Assembly: GCF_000143415.4 (NCBI RefSeq)
Contig: NW_003314267.1
Coordinates: 3,903,201-3,967,200, forward strand
DNA from: Selaginella moellendorffii
Lineage: Eukaryota; Plantae; Lycopodiophyta
DNA length: 64,000 nucleotides
Direction of reading: 5' to 3'
In this document: piece after piece, positions 1-12,945 of the stretch
Layout of the letters: every line of letters begins with the position of its first letter
How positions within the stretch are numbered: the first letter of the stretch is position 1
Notes under the pieces: generated by a model
Database searches by the model: none
Told to the model about the DNA's origin: nothing
Seen by the model: only the letters and a program-made list of their open reading frames with translations
Program-made: the position numbers and the translations under genes

Positions 1-169
1 GAAATTAGTAATGTGAGGAAGAGGGTACATATTTAGGATTGTTACTTCATTTAATGAATGATAATTGATATAGAAATAAATACTCCTATCAAGTTTTATT
101 ATAAAATAAGGTTCACATGCCCAAGAACTCTGTGACTTTCAAATAACACCCTTTTCCAATATCTCCTAA

Positions 170-1980
170 AAATTTACATATAAAATATTAATTTCTTTGG
201 GTGACCGATGACAAACAAAAACCTTGATTGGCAAGCATCCTTAGTTAGAATAAAATGACATGTTGCAATCTTAACCATAGACGATAGGTCAAACTCAAAA
301 AGATTAATATATTCCTTTATGAGCCAATCAACCGTAGCAACACAAGAACTGTCAAAGGGATCACAAAAGGGAAGAGAGGAGTAAGAGGGAACATAAAAAA
401 AAGTAATAGGGAAAAAAAGTGATAAAAACAAAGGTTAAAATAAAGAGATGAAGAAGAATAATAGTGAGAGAAATGGAAGAAATATAAAGAAATATAAAAC
501 AAAGGGAAAAAACCTCAAAGTCACACTTAACATGAGTGCGCTGCAACCAATCCATACAAAGGATAATGTCAAAAGCTTGACTCAAAACCACCCACAATAA
601 CTGTAACTCAAGTTTGAAACCACCTATATGCACAATCAGGTCTACTTCATCCCATGCACATGCATATGTATGCCCGTTGCCATAAAAAATGAAAACTAAC
701 TCTGCCACACTACGCAAATGTAGACACTAATATGTCGCAACAAGCCGAGCAATAGAAGATAAACTCAAGTTTGTATCAACTAACACAAAGAGAATAATAG
801 GAAATCTTTTGTTAAAACATTAGATGAACTGATACCAAGTGAACCCCTTAATAATACTCTCGAAACAAAAATGAAAGGGTCACTAACTTATTCGTGCAAG
901 GTCCCTCCGCTGCTCACGTGACTTCTCATTTCTGAAAGCATCTCAGTGTCCAGACCTTCTACTACAACAACACCAATAAGACATTGTTGATACCAAGGTT
1001 TTCACCTAAGAAATTGAGGTCACCAATCTAAAAAATGCTAATAATACTGATAAGTATGACCAACTTCATTATATACCTAGCAATGGACATCATAACCATA
1101 ACCACGTCCTTGCCCTTATCCTTGAACTCAGGTAGCAACAACATCAACCTTCATTGGAACAAAACCATCTCCCATAGGAAGTGAAGATGAAGGATATGCA
1201 ATGAGAAGTGGAAGAGGTGACATCTCATAACATTGCGCCCAAACGAAGAACATCATTAAGGGTGGCTAAAGCAAATGCATGCATAAGTCCTACAAGATCT
1301 TGACGAAATGCTAGCCACAACATTCCCAACTTGATCTGCTCTGATATATTTAACTCCATACAATACAAGAGGCTACGGAAATGAATGCTAAACTGCATCA
1401 CGAACTCATACAGCCTTTGACAAGACAATGCAATTGTTGAAAGGCATCATCACAATTATTAGTATGTTCAAATGCACGTTTGAAGACATTTGAGAAAATA
1501 CTCCAATCCTCACAAGTGGTTGTGCTCAAACTATTGTACTGTTGTAGCGTCGTCCTTTGGAGACACATGGGAAATTCACGCAAATGCTGAACATCATTCC
1601 AAGATTGATATGTGGCAGTCACTGTGAAATGATCAAACTAATGATACACATTATCTATAGGATTCCGACATAAGAACTTCAGCCGGACTCGAGAATTAAC
1701 AGCAAGAGCAAGAGGAGTTGTACCACGCGTTGTGAATGCCACCATCAACTAAGTCTGATTATTCAATTGCAACTACATAGCATTGAGCAATTGCATCCTC
1801 CTCCTTTGACTTTAGAGTAGCAATTAATGCTGCTAAAATGAACGAAAAGGAAAAAATCAAAAGAGAAGAAATTGAAAAAGCTATAAAGAAAGAGAGATCT
1901 AAATAATGAAAAAGCTAGATTTACAACAAAATCCCAAATTCAAGCACTTCTTAGAGACAATCAAAGCTGCCCCTCATCTC
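170..1980 (-). mobile_element. Degenerate Ty3/gypsy-like LTR retrotransposon remnant (gag/protease region)
   Basis: Broken minus-strand ORFs carry a retrotrans-gag-like segment (WSIFSNVFKRAFEHTNNCDDAFQQLH) and a retropepsin-type DIILCMDWL motif. Many stops. The 1555-1980 part recurs at about 9745-10150. Confidence 0.55.
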
Positions 1981-3856
1981 CACCAATGTGAATGTATGGA
2001 ATATAGAAATGGGATATAGAAAATTTGCATATTAAGTATAGGTTATATACAAGAGTTAGTGGTCCAGATTGAAATTAATCCAACAACTACCAAAATTCCA
2101 CTATGTTAATATTAATATACAGTGTTGTAGTTATATATTTAGACCTCACACTAACTATTAAGCAAAATGTTATATTATAATCAATAAATAATTTGCTAGG
2201 CTTGATTTTGCTTATTCCTATTTTATTAATATTATTAATCAATAGAATTTTTTAATTATAAACATGTTTATCAACCATTAGAATAAACTAGAATATACTA
2301 AGAAGTGTTTAGGAAATTTTATAAATTATAAACATGTTTATAAGTTATAAATACAAATTTAATCTAAATAATTAACAACAGTTAAATGGTAGAATATTCA
2401 AGAATATTCAAATATATTCCACTCTAAAAATAATTTCTTTCTAAACTAAAACGTTGAGCCAATATGTTTTAATTTAATGTGCTTAGCAATCACCAAGGAA
2501 GGGAGGGCTAACGAGCTTCTTGTCATTCAATCCTCTTCTCTCGCAGGCAATATACACCCTTTGCCTTGGCAAAAGCAGCGAGATACTATCCTCTTGCGGA
2601 GACTGGTACAATTTCCGCATTGATTTAGCAGGAGAGCAGCGACACGGCATGGCGCTTCGTGATACCAGTCGCAATCCTGCACAGGGCCAAGTGGTCGGGT
2701 GCGTGTAAGTTCTAGATCTTTCTTGCCTTTGCAATTCTTTTTTGAGCAATGGCTTGTTGCGGGAACTTCTCCAACACTTATGGGTGCATTCCTGAGCAGA
2801 TTCCTGAGCCATTGCAGGTGGATTCGATCCGGGAGAGCATGAGCAGGCAGGTGCTGGGGTGGCCAATCGTGAGCGGGGGATGGAGCTGGTGGACAGATCG
2901 TGGTGAGGGATGGCGAGGGAGGAGTTGAGGAGGAAACTTGGGCGCTTGGGAACTGGGGCCATGTCGACCAAAGGTTAAGAATTCTTTGGTAGGAAAGAAG
3001 ACGAAAGTTTAGCGGTAAATTACATTTTTAATTATAATATAACCTTTTCTTTAGTAAGTTAATATTGTTCTTGAGAGTCCAACCCAAAGGATGCCAAGAT
3101 TCCCGGGCTGCGGGAAATCCTTCATGGCATGAAGAGCAACGAGTAGAGTCTTCTCTATTATGTGCGAATCTTGACGCGGGATTTCATGTAACCCTCCGCA
3201 GCGTCTATTTGTTTCCATCCACACGAAGGAGCGCTGTGCTCGCCACATCGCCTTTGATGAAAGAATTTATAAGCTTGGGTTCATCGACCAGTAGCAAGGC
3301 TTCTGATCCGATTTCAAAGTCGTTTGAAGCCATGACCACCTCGCAAAACCTACGCTCTCGGAATTCCATCCTTCAAAACCATCTGTCTTTCAGCATCTTA
3401 TGATCGGCACTTGAGGAACAAAACCCGCATGCGCAGCGGCCACGTCTTGCAGTTTGTGAAGATCTCTACAAGTTATTTCCGCCTCCATTCCGCTCGAGCA
3501 GCTTTACAGGGCGAGCAAGCTAAGAAGTCAGTGTTAAGAGCACTAATCTTTCTGCAAGAACACTTCAAGTAGCCTTTCTTCCTCTTTTCGCTTGTCACCT
3601 GCTGCAGTAAAGCGCCCATCAACGAATCCAGCACCTCCGGAATGGGGAGCACCAACTTTTATTTCGTGCTGTAGAGCAAAGGATCAGATTGCCTGGTCAA
3701 TTCCGGTCTACTTTCTTGTACTTTCGTGCCTCTCACGACCTTTCTGTAGTGTTCTAATTGGGCACTTATTCGAGCATAATTTCGAAATCACTACTTCGGT
3801 ACTCCCCAGCCGCCTATATCTTATCTGGCTTCCAATCCAACGTCAAAGCGCTGCGA

Positions 3857-5356
3857 ATGGCGGGTGCTAGCAAGAAGCCTCATGTTCTAGCGTTCCCACT
3901 CCCAGCCCCGGGCCACATGAACTCACTGATGCACTTCTGCCGCCGTCTCGCGGCCTGCGATGTCACCATCACCTACGCCTCCAATCCGAGCAACATGAAG
4001 CTCATGTACCAGACGCGCGATCTGATTGCAGACCCCCACGCCAAGAGCAACGTCCGCATCGTCGAGGTCTCGGACGATCCAGGTAACAGCAGCAACGATC
4101 TCGCCAAGGGGGATCCCAGCGAGCTCGTGGAGAAGATCCGCCTGGCAGTGCGGGCCATGGCAGCCTCTGTGCGAGAGCTTATCCGGAAGTTCCAGGAGGA
4201 AGGGAATCCCGTTTGTTGCATGATCACAGACACCTTCAACGGATTCACCCAGGATCTGGCGGACGAATTCGGCATCCCCAGGGCGGCGTTCTGGACCTCC
4301 AATGCGATCAGCGACATCTATCACCTCTTCCTGCCGGAGCTCATGTCCAAAGGATTCGTGCCAGTCACGAGTAAGTTCTCCCTCCCCTGTTTTTAGGGTT
4401 CTAAGGAAACTCTTCTTCTTCCAGCCAGGAAAACGGACGAGCTCATCACATTCCTCCCCGGATGCCCGCCGATGCCCGCCACGGATCTGCCGCTCTCCTT
4501 CTACTACGACCACCCAATCCTGGGCGCGATCTGCGACGGCGCGTCGCGGTTCGCGGAGGCGAGATTCGCGCTGTGCAACACCTACGAGGAGCTGGAGCCC
4601 CACGCAGTGGCGACGCTGCGCAGCGAGGTCAAATCCAGCTACTTCCCCATCGGCCCGTGCCTGTCCCCCGCATTCTTCGCGGGGGACTCGACAGCGGTGG
4701 AGCGATCCAGCGAGCACCTGTCTCCCGAGGATCTGGCGTGCCTGGAGTGGCTTGACACACAGAAGGAATCCTCCGTGATCTACGTCTCCTTCGGCAGCGT
4801 GGCCACCATGTCCGTGGAGCAATTCCAGGAGCTCGCCAGGGGCCTGGAGCGCAGCAACCAGCCATTCGTACTGGTGCTGCGCAAGACCCTGGTCGCGGAT
4901 CCATCGGTTAACGATTTCTTCGAGTGATTGAAGCAGCGGATCGGCGAGCGCGGGATCGTGATCTCGTGGGCGCCGCAAATGCACGTCTTGCTCCACCCGG
5001 CGGTGGGAGGATTCCTGACGCACTGCGGATGGAACTCGACCGTGGAGGGGATCTGCGCGGGCGTGCCGATGCTCGCCTGGCCTTGCATGGCGGAGCAAAA
5101 CGTGAACTGCAAGGAGCTTGTGGAGCACTGGAAGCTGGCGATCCCGGTCCAGGATGATCGGGATAAAAGCTCCGTGATCTCGGTCTCGAGCGAGAGGCTG
5201 GCGGATCTAGTGGCGAGGCTGATGAGAGGCGACGAGGGTCGCGAGATGCGAGCCCGGGCTCGGGGATTCCGCAAGGTTACTGCGGCTGCCATAGCCGAGG
5301 GAGGATCCTCGGACAGGAACCTCAAGGCCTTCGCCCAAGCTCTGAGAGATCTGTGA
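3857..5356 (+). pseudogene. Family-1 UDP-glycosyltransferase UGT-A1 with premature stop (exons 3857-4370, 4425-5356)
   Basis: PGHMNSL catalytic His, MITDTF Asp, PSPG box [24 protein letters not shown]...AEQ, and GT-AG intron 4371-4424. In-frame TGA at 4925-4927 where paralogs have GGT or GGA. Confidence 0.88.
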
Positions 5357-5399
5357 TCTCTTGGACGCGACAATTAGAATCGATCAATGGGTCAGTGAG

Positions 5400-7050
5400 A
5401 TTGGAAGTTTTAATAAGCCAATTTGTGCTGCCTCTATGCGGTCTTTCACTCCCTCTTTTCCATGTGTTTTTTAGATGGAGAGCATAACTTAAGTACTTGG
5501 ACATGTTTTTGGAACAGATTCTTGGGGTTGGGTTTCAAAAACCATGTTGCCAATGCACAAAACTGTGCCAGAGTGTCAAACTGTGGTTGCACAGTGGTGG
5601 TATTTGAGCTAGCAATAGCAAATAGAAGAAGAAAGAGATACATTCCCAATAAAGATAGTTCCTCCCCTTGTCCAGCGCCCCAATATAGCATTGTTGCGCT
5701 CCAATCTTTGAGGCTCCAAAGATTTAAGGCTACAACATGTTCCTGACGCCCTTGCTATGGGGTTTCTTGTGGTTCTTGTGGCCAGCTGGGAAATTCAATA
5801 GCCCCAAAAGTTTTGTGAGTATCTAAGAGTGAGTTTAACAGCAACATGTCTTTTCCCGCTTGGCTCTGTTGCCCAAGGCTTCTGCAGGTTGTGCCTGCGC
5901 CCCTGCATGCGGGCAAGATCAATGCTCAAGGCCTGACTGGATGACACTTCTGCAATTTCCAAGTCCAGCTGTTGGATCAGTCTCAATGAGTTCGATAGTT
6001 TGCCCCTGCCTTGGGTGGCAGAAGGTCAAAGCATACAAGATTTCTTGATCCTTGTTGGAAACAATCACTGCCACCAGGGGTGAGGCGCTTCTAGCTCTAA
6101 GAGTTGCTTGATCAACAATTGGCAAGGGATCATATCAAATGTTCCACAAATCCAAGTAGCAATGTCTTGTTTCATCCCAACCTTGTACGTTCCATAAGGA
6201 TGCACAAAGTGACAAGGTCGTCCAAGCAAGATCACTGTTTTCGAAACCCATTGGCCTCAAGTGTGTATGTTGTGTTCAGATATATGCTCTCTATGACATG
6301 AGCTGAGGTGGCAGTAGTGCCACCTCACTGCATGTCTTCGACTGTCATAGAGTCATCCTTGTCCATCGTGTTTTCTTCTTCCCAGGTGGAGATTTCCTTT
6401 TCAATTTGCTTAGCAAGTAACTGGACAAACCAGTGTGCATGTAGATTTCCTTGAAGGGCCGATTGTGCAGGGGCTCATGGAGAAAGAGTTTTCGAGATTA
6501 TTCCAGAAGCCTGTGACGAAGAGGCTTTTGTGTTTAAAAGTGTTTAATAGTGATCTTTATTTCTTGAGTTTATTACTGTCCTTGGCATGTCCTTGTGAGG
6601 CATATGTATTTTTCCAAACGCACCAGCTACTTTTTTCACAAAACAGCTCTTAGGAACTTAGTACCTTAAGAACTGCCTCAACTCCTCTGGATGCCCACAA
6701 GACCATAACTTCCTGGTTGCATACTTCTCAAGCCTGACAACACCTGCTTGCAAGCTGGGATCTTTGGCTATGGTGGAGAGTATTCTACTGGATCTGGCAT
6801 CGCACTTCTCACCAACACCAGTGCGAGCGTTGTCAATGGTGTCGTTTACAAGCTTGTCCTTCTCTTTCACTGATCTCACGGTTCCTCAGACAGCCTCAAG
6901 GCAGCTCCTCAAGGTCTACTACATCCCAGCATCGATCCCAAGACTGCCTTCCGGGAAAACATTCTACCTTTCTTATTTGACTCGTAGGGATTCAAACTTG
7001 GCCTGCTAATGGACAAACGTGAAAGAAACACGAGGAAAAGACACAGGCCC
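5400..7050. repeat. Degenerate dispersed repeat, probably retroelement-derived, between UGT-A and PLAC8
   Basis: Pieces recur at 15030-15480, 18850-20280 (partly inverted), 29460-29940 and, more diverged, at 57940-58100. No intact ORF. Confidence 0.5.
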
Positions 7051-7220
7051 AAAGTTTGTCACTGACAAGTAGCGATTAATTCAGAAATCACATTTAATAC
7101 AACCTACCAGCCGTGTGTCCAAAACGTTCGGACCAAGGCGTGCGACGCGGGAACTGTTCCCTTGCGTTGACCATGCCACTCTCAAAAGATCGATCGCTTC
7201 TGATCAAGAGCAACACGACC

Positions 7221-8095
7221 ATGGCCTACACTGACACCCCACAAAGCCATCCAACGCAACAGCATCAAGGACAGCAGCAAGGATTCACCAGCGAAGGCCA
7301 TCCCGTTGCCCCTCCTGCTGCTCATCCCCAGCCTCCGCCTGGTAGTTACTATGGACCCGGAGTGGCAACCATGGCACCCCCGAATTCTGGCCTCTGGCCA
7401 ACGGGCCTCTATGGATGCACTGAGGACTGCCCCTCTTGTAAGGTTTTTTTTTTCGAGAAAAAGAGTTCTTTTTGTGCAGCTTGGATGATTGACTGAGTGA
7501 TCTCTTTAAATTTGCTTTCTGTTCTTTGATCCTAGATTTGGTTTGTCCAGATAGATAAGATATCCGTTCGACATTTCTTATCAATCCTCTCCATCTGGTG
7601 TAACCACAGGCTGGTGTGCGTTGTGCTGTCCCTGCGTTCTTGTTGGGCGCATGGCCAACATTCTGGATCAAGGCATGACCTATTCAACTTTGAGATAAAC
7701 TATATCCCAAACGTTTTGTTTTTTTTTATGTTCCACTCACGATTCTGCTTGGATTTGTGATCCAATGTTGTAGCTGTCTTCACCGGAGCCGCCATCTTTT
7801 GCGGCTGTGGCTGCCTCTACAGCTGCCTGTACCGTGCAAAGCTGCGCCACAAGTACGGACTCCCCGAGGAGCCCTGCAACGACATCTGCACCGAGTGGTG
7901 GTGCAATTGCTGCTCCATTGCCCAGGCTTACAGGGAGCTCAGGAACCGCAACATCAACCCGGCTCTGGGTATGATTTCTGGGGCCTTGGTGATCTTTGTT
8001 TCCTGATTTCTGAAAATGGTGATTTTTCAGGGTACGAGTTTGCGAGGGCGGTGTACGAGCAGCCACCTCAAGTGCAGGAGATGCGCAAAATGTGA
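7221..8095 (+). pseudogene. PLAC8/PCR (FW2.2/CNR-like) Cys-rich protein, copy 1, probably defective
   Basis: CWCALCCPC and AQAYRELRNR motifs present. The exon-2 donor GTGAG seen in the other copies is missing at about 7681, and an in-frame 18-bp deletion removes IVQWFT. Confidence 0.75.
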
Positions 8096-8315
8096 GCTAC
8101 GGAAATTAGTTTTTAAAATCTTCAACTTGAAAATGCTTCTTCGGGGCTTTCCAAGAATGCCATGTTGCATTCGTGATCGGAAGGATTTCTTCCTCGTGAC
8201 ATTGGAAAATAATAGAAGCCCAAGTTTGTATAAATTTCGAAACATCTCATCTAGAATTATTTAACGTCCTAAAAAGAACATATACTGGAATATATTCTGG
8301 AAGAGCTATCCTCTT

Positions 8316-9700
8316 ATGACGGACGAGCAGCGCCTTCACGTAGCGGTGCTCCCAACCACCGGCTCCGGCCACATCAATCCCATGCTCGAGCTCTGCCGTT
8401 GCCTCGTCCCGCTAGGATTCCAGGTAAGCTTCGTCTATCCCAGCAGCCTTCGACACGATGATCTTCACTTCCGAGTGGTGCCAAGCCCAGCCTCGGACAA
8501 GCTTTTGCTCATGGATCCCGCGTTGCAAGAGGACGTGAGACCGGTTCTAGAGGCCCTCCGTCCACCAATAAAGTGCCTTATCGCTGATATGTTCTTAGGC
8601 TGGTCACAGGACGTGGCCGAAAGCCTGGGGATTCCACGAGTAGCCTTCATTCCCAGTGACTCAGTCATCGAAGCGACGTGCTACCATATTCCAGAGCTTG
8701 TCTCCAGGGGTTTCATTACTGGCCATGTTCCTGCCAATGGTGAGAAGAAGAAGAAACTTTACAATTGCTTCATACCGATCGACGAATATGTGTTGTTGTC
8801 TCAGCCGATCCAAATCCGGACGCTTTGATCGACTTCATCCCCGGTCTCGAGCCTTTTACAAGAGAGTTGCTCCCTCTTGCCTTCCAGAACTGGGGACCCA
8901 TTGTGACCACTCTGGGAGTTGCAGCCAGACGAACAAAGGATGCGGTTTGCATTGTCGTCAACACGATTGAGGAGTTGGATCAGGAAGTCGTGAATGGACG
9001 GAGGTTGCTGTTCTCCAGTTATTTACCAGTCGGACCTCTGGTACCTGCAGAGCTTCTGCAAGAACAGCACCCGATCACTCTCAGTTCTCCAAATGACACT
9101 AGCATGATCTGGCTGGACAAACAAGCTTACGGCTCGGTTCTCTATATCGCTTTTGGAAGTGTTGTTACTCTGCCAGCCGACCAAGTGGAGAAGATTGCAA
9201 GAGCTGTAAAAGCCACTCGTCAGCCAGTATTGTGGGCAATCAGGAGGAACTTTGCAAAAGACGTACCTGAGAACTTTTATGAAAGCTTGCAAGAGATAGG
9301 TGGGGAGCAAGCCTGCCTGGTGGTGGAATGGGCTCCACAAGTAAACGTCTTGCGCCACTCCGCGGTTGGAGCCTTCTTAATGCATGGTGGATGGAACTCA
9401 GCTCTAGAAGCCCTGTGCTGTGGAGTACCAATGCTTTGCTGGCCCTGCGCTAACGATCAGAACTTGAATGCTCTCACGATAGTGAAGAAGTGGAGAACTG
9501 GGATAATGGTGGCTCATGGACCCAAAGACGATGTGAGAAGTGAAGACTTGGGAAACGTTATAGATGCTGTGATGAATGGCGAGGAAGGGAGGACGATGAG
9601 GAGCAGAGCTAAAGAACTTAAAAAGATTGTGAGTGTAGGTACTTGCCTGGAGAGAAATCTTCAACAGCTCAAGGATGTGATCATAGCCAAGTCTCAATAG
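8316..9700 (+). CDS. UDP-glycosyltransferase UGT-B1 (exons 8316-8739, 8805-9700)
   Basis: SGHINPM, LIADMF and PSPG WAPQVNVLRHSAVGAFLMHGGWNS...NDQ. Intron 8740-8804. In-frame 24-bp deletion (NLCPKLES) relative to B3/B4, so function is uncertain. Confidence 0.82.
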
Positions 9701-10643
9701 GGGCTTGCAATACCATCTGGGTTCATTGTTATACCATTGCACTGTTGTCCCTTGGAGACATATGGGAAATTCACGTAAATGCTAAATATCATTCTAAAAT
9801 GATCAATTACTTTGAAGTGATCAATAATACACATCATCCCTAAGATTCTCACATAAGAACTTTAGCTAGATTTGATAATTAATAGCAAAAGCATGAGGAG
9901 CTATACCATGCACTATAAATGCTATGATCAATTGTGTTAGATTATTCAATTATAATTACACAATTACACTAATTGTTACTTTAGAGTCAAAGAGGAAGAT
10001 ACTATTACTTTACTATGAAAATAAATGAAAAAGAAAAAATCAAAAGAAAAGAAATTAAAAAAGTTATAAAGAAAGAGAAATATAGACAATGAAACAGCAA
10101 AATCCTAAATCCAAGCACTCCTTAGGGATAATTAAAGTTGCCTTTTATCTTTGCATGAATGGGAAAAATCCTAATTTATATACATAAGTGGTTCAAATTG
10201 AAATCAATTTAATAACTATTAAAATCCCACTACACTAATATTAGTATATGGCATTGTAATTGTACACTTAGATCTCACATTTACTATTAAGCAAAAATTT
10301 ATATTATAATCAATAAATAATTTGTTATACTTGAGTTTGTTTATTGCTATTTTATTAATATTATTAATCAATTATTTTTTAATTATAAACATGTTTATCA
10401 ACCATTAGAATAAACTAGAATATACTAAGAAGTGTTTAGGAAATTTTATAAATTATAAATACAAAGTTAATCTAAATAATTAACAACCGTTAAATGGTAG
10501 AATATCCAAGATTATTCAAATATATTCCACTCCAAAAATAATTTCTTGCTAAACTAAAACGTTGAGCCAATATGTTTTAATTTAATATGCTTAGCAAGGG
10601 AGGGCTAACTAGCTTCTTGTCATTCAATCCTCTTCTCTCGCAG

Positions 10644-11550
10644 GCAATATACACCCTTTGCCTTGGCAAAAGCAGCGAGTAGAGGTCTCTGACGACGGTG
10701 GCGAGACGTGGCGCAGAGCGGAGAGGAAGTTCGAGTGCTGCGCGGGGAAATGCAACCGGAGGTATGGAAATCTGCGGTCGTTTAACGAGCACCGGTGTGA
10801 GAAGCACAAGCTCCCGCCCGTGTCGCAGCTGCCCAAGGGCTTCAAATCCCGGAAGGGCGTCCCGCACGGCACGTACTACGCGCTCAAGAAGCAGCGCTAC
10901 AACGAGGTCAAGGACTCGCTGCGCTTCAAGTGGAAGACCCAGCTCCAGAACGCGAGAGCGAACTTGAAAAAGGACTACATCGGGTGTGGGATCCCAGCGG
11001 CAACTTCTCGCGCGAGCACTGGATCCGGAGGGTGAACAAAGCTTCTCATACGGAAGATGAACGCCATGAGGGAGGAGCATCCTTTGGTGAGTTGGAAGTT
11101 CTAGCTAGATTTTGTTCTTCTTTGCTAGTTTCTACGTTTTGCTTTTGCGAGTTTATATGAGTTCCCGCATTGTAGGAAAGGTATCGGCCACAAGCTGGAG
11201 GCCGGCCATCGCACCAGGCTCGGATCGCGAGGCTCGAGGCTCTTAAGGCGGAAGTGGAGAGCTACAACGAAGAAGACGAGGATGTGAACGAGTATAACTC
11301 TTCCGAAGAAAACGAGCATGAGGTAAGGTGTCGCAAATGATTTCTTCGTTGTGTTTCCGAATCGTCCTCATGATCAACAGGATGAGCACGAGGATGATCG
11401 GGGAAACTCCATTTCAGAAGCCGAAGATGATGAGGTAACAAGCTATAATCTCTTATAGCGCTTCGTTTTGACATGATCCTCTCAAGATGGATGGAAATGC
11501 TTTTGCCGCTCGCGATTCGATCGTGGAGATCCTCATGAACATCAAGGTGA
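10644..11550 (+). pseudogene. Spliced gene fragment with a C2H2-like zinc finger and acidic exons
   Basis: CCAGKCNRRYGNLRSFNEHRCEKH fits C-x4-C-x12-H-x4-H. Downstream GT-AG-bounded D/E-rich exons. No clear start, and a stop at 11033-11035. Confidence 0.45.
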
Positions 11551-12945
11551 GCTATTTGACTATTGTCTACTTATTCATTGTCCGCGAACCTATTGTCAAT
11601 TCTATAGGATGGTAGTAGTCACCACCACAACACAGCTCAAACAATTTCCGCATTGATTTAGCAGGAGAGCAGCGACACGGCATGGTGCTTCGTGATACCA
11701 GTCGCAATCCTGCACAGGGCCAAGTGGTCGGGTGCGTGTAAGTTCTAGATCTTTCTTGCCTTTGCAATTCTTTTTTGAGCAATGGCTTGTTGCGGGAACT
11801 TCTCCAACACTTATGGGTGCATTCCTGAGCAGATTCCTGAGCCATTGCAGGTGGATTCGATCCGGGAGAGCATGAGCAGGCAGGTGCTGGGGTGGCCAAT
11901 CGTGAGCGGGGGATGGAGCTGGTGGACAGATCGTGGTGAGGGATGGCGAGGGAGGAGTTGAGGAGGAAACTTGGGCGCTTGGGAACTGGGGCCATGTCGA
12001 CCAAAGGTTAAGAATTCTTTGGTAGGAAAGAAGACGAAAGTTTAGCGGTAAATTACATTTTTAATTATAATATAACCTTTTCTTTAGTAAGTTAATATTG
12101 TTCTTGAGACAAAGGATGCCAAGATTCCCGGGCTGCGGGAAATCCTTCATGGCATGAAGAGCAACGAGTAGAGTCTTCTCTATTATGTGCGAATCTTGAC
12201 GCGGGATTCCATGTAACCCTCCGCAGCGTCTATTTGTTTCCATCCACACGAAGGAGCGCTTTGCTCGCCTCATCGCCTTTGATGAAAGAATTTATAAGCT
12301 TGGGTTCATCGACCAGTAGCAAGGCTTCTGATCCATGTCGTCGATTTCAAAGTCGTTTGAAGCCATGACCACCTCGCAAAACCTGGTAAAGCACGCTCTC
12401 GGAATTCCATCCTTCAAAACCATCTGTCTTTCAGCATCTTGTGATCGGCACTAGAGGAGCAAATCCCGCAGGTGCAGCGGCCATGTCTTGCAGTTTGTGA
12501 GGATCTCTACAAGTCTTTTCCGCCTCCATTCCGCTCAATTCTTTCGCAGATTTACAGGGCGAGCAAGCTAAGAAGTCACCGTTAAGACCAACATCCATCT
12601 ATCCTGATCTTTCTGCAAGAGCACTTTAAATAGGCTTTCCTTCCTCTTTTCGCTTGTCACCTGCTGCAGCAAAGTGGCCACCAACGAATCCAGCAGCTCC
12701 AGAATGGCGAGCACCAACTTTTGTTTTGGCTGGAGTTGTCCATGTGGTTGTAGTATAGATGATGGGGCAAAAGATCAGATTGCCTGGTCAATTCCGGTCT
12801 ACTTTCTTGGCCTTGTAGTCACGTTCGAGGAGCATTCCTTTCTATGGTGTTCTATTTGAGTACTTGTTCAAGTAAATCACCACTTCGGTACTCCCCAGCC
12901 TCCTATATCTTAGCTGGCTTCCAATCCAAGATCAAAGCGCTGCAA

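Larger units (their letters stand above)
1555..9720 (+). repeat. Tandem segmental duplication unit 1 (retro remnant - AT-rich spacer - UGT-A1 - PLAC8-1 - UGT-B1)
   Basis: Same blocks in the same order in unit 2, e.g. 2620-3100 matches 11641-12120, and UGT-A is offset by 9089 bp. Confidence 0.85.

Noticed and set aside
2483-3700. Protein-coding gene upstream of UGT-A (duplicated at 11567-12760)
   Set aside because: ORFs are conserved only through recent duplication. Frames break between copies and no family is recognised.
4925-4927. Selenocysteine or programmed read-through TGA
   Set aside because: Paralogs have Gly here, and land plants lack Sec machinery.
3923-5128. Long antisense ORFs over UGT and PPR genes (also 13012-14217, 45791-46483 and others)
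   Set aside because: Shadow ORFs from GC-rich codon usage with no recognisable motifs.
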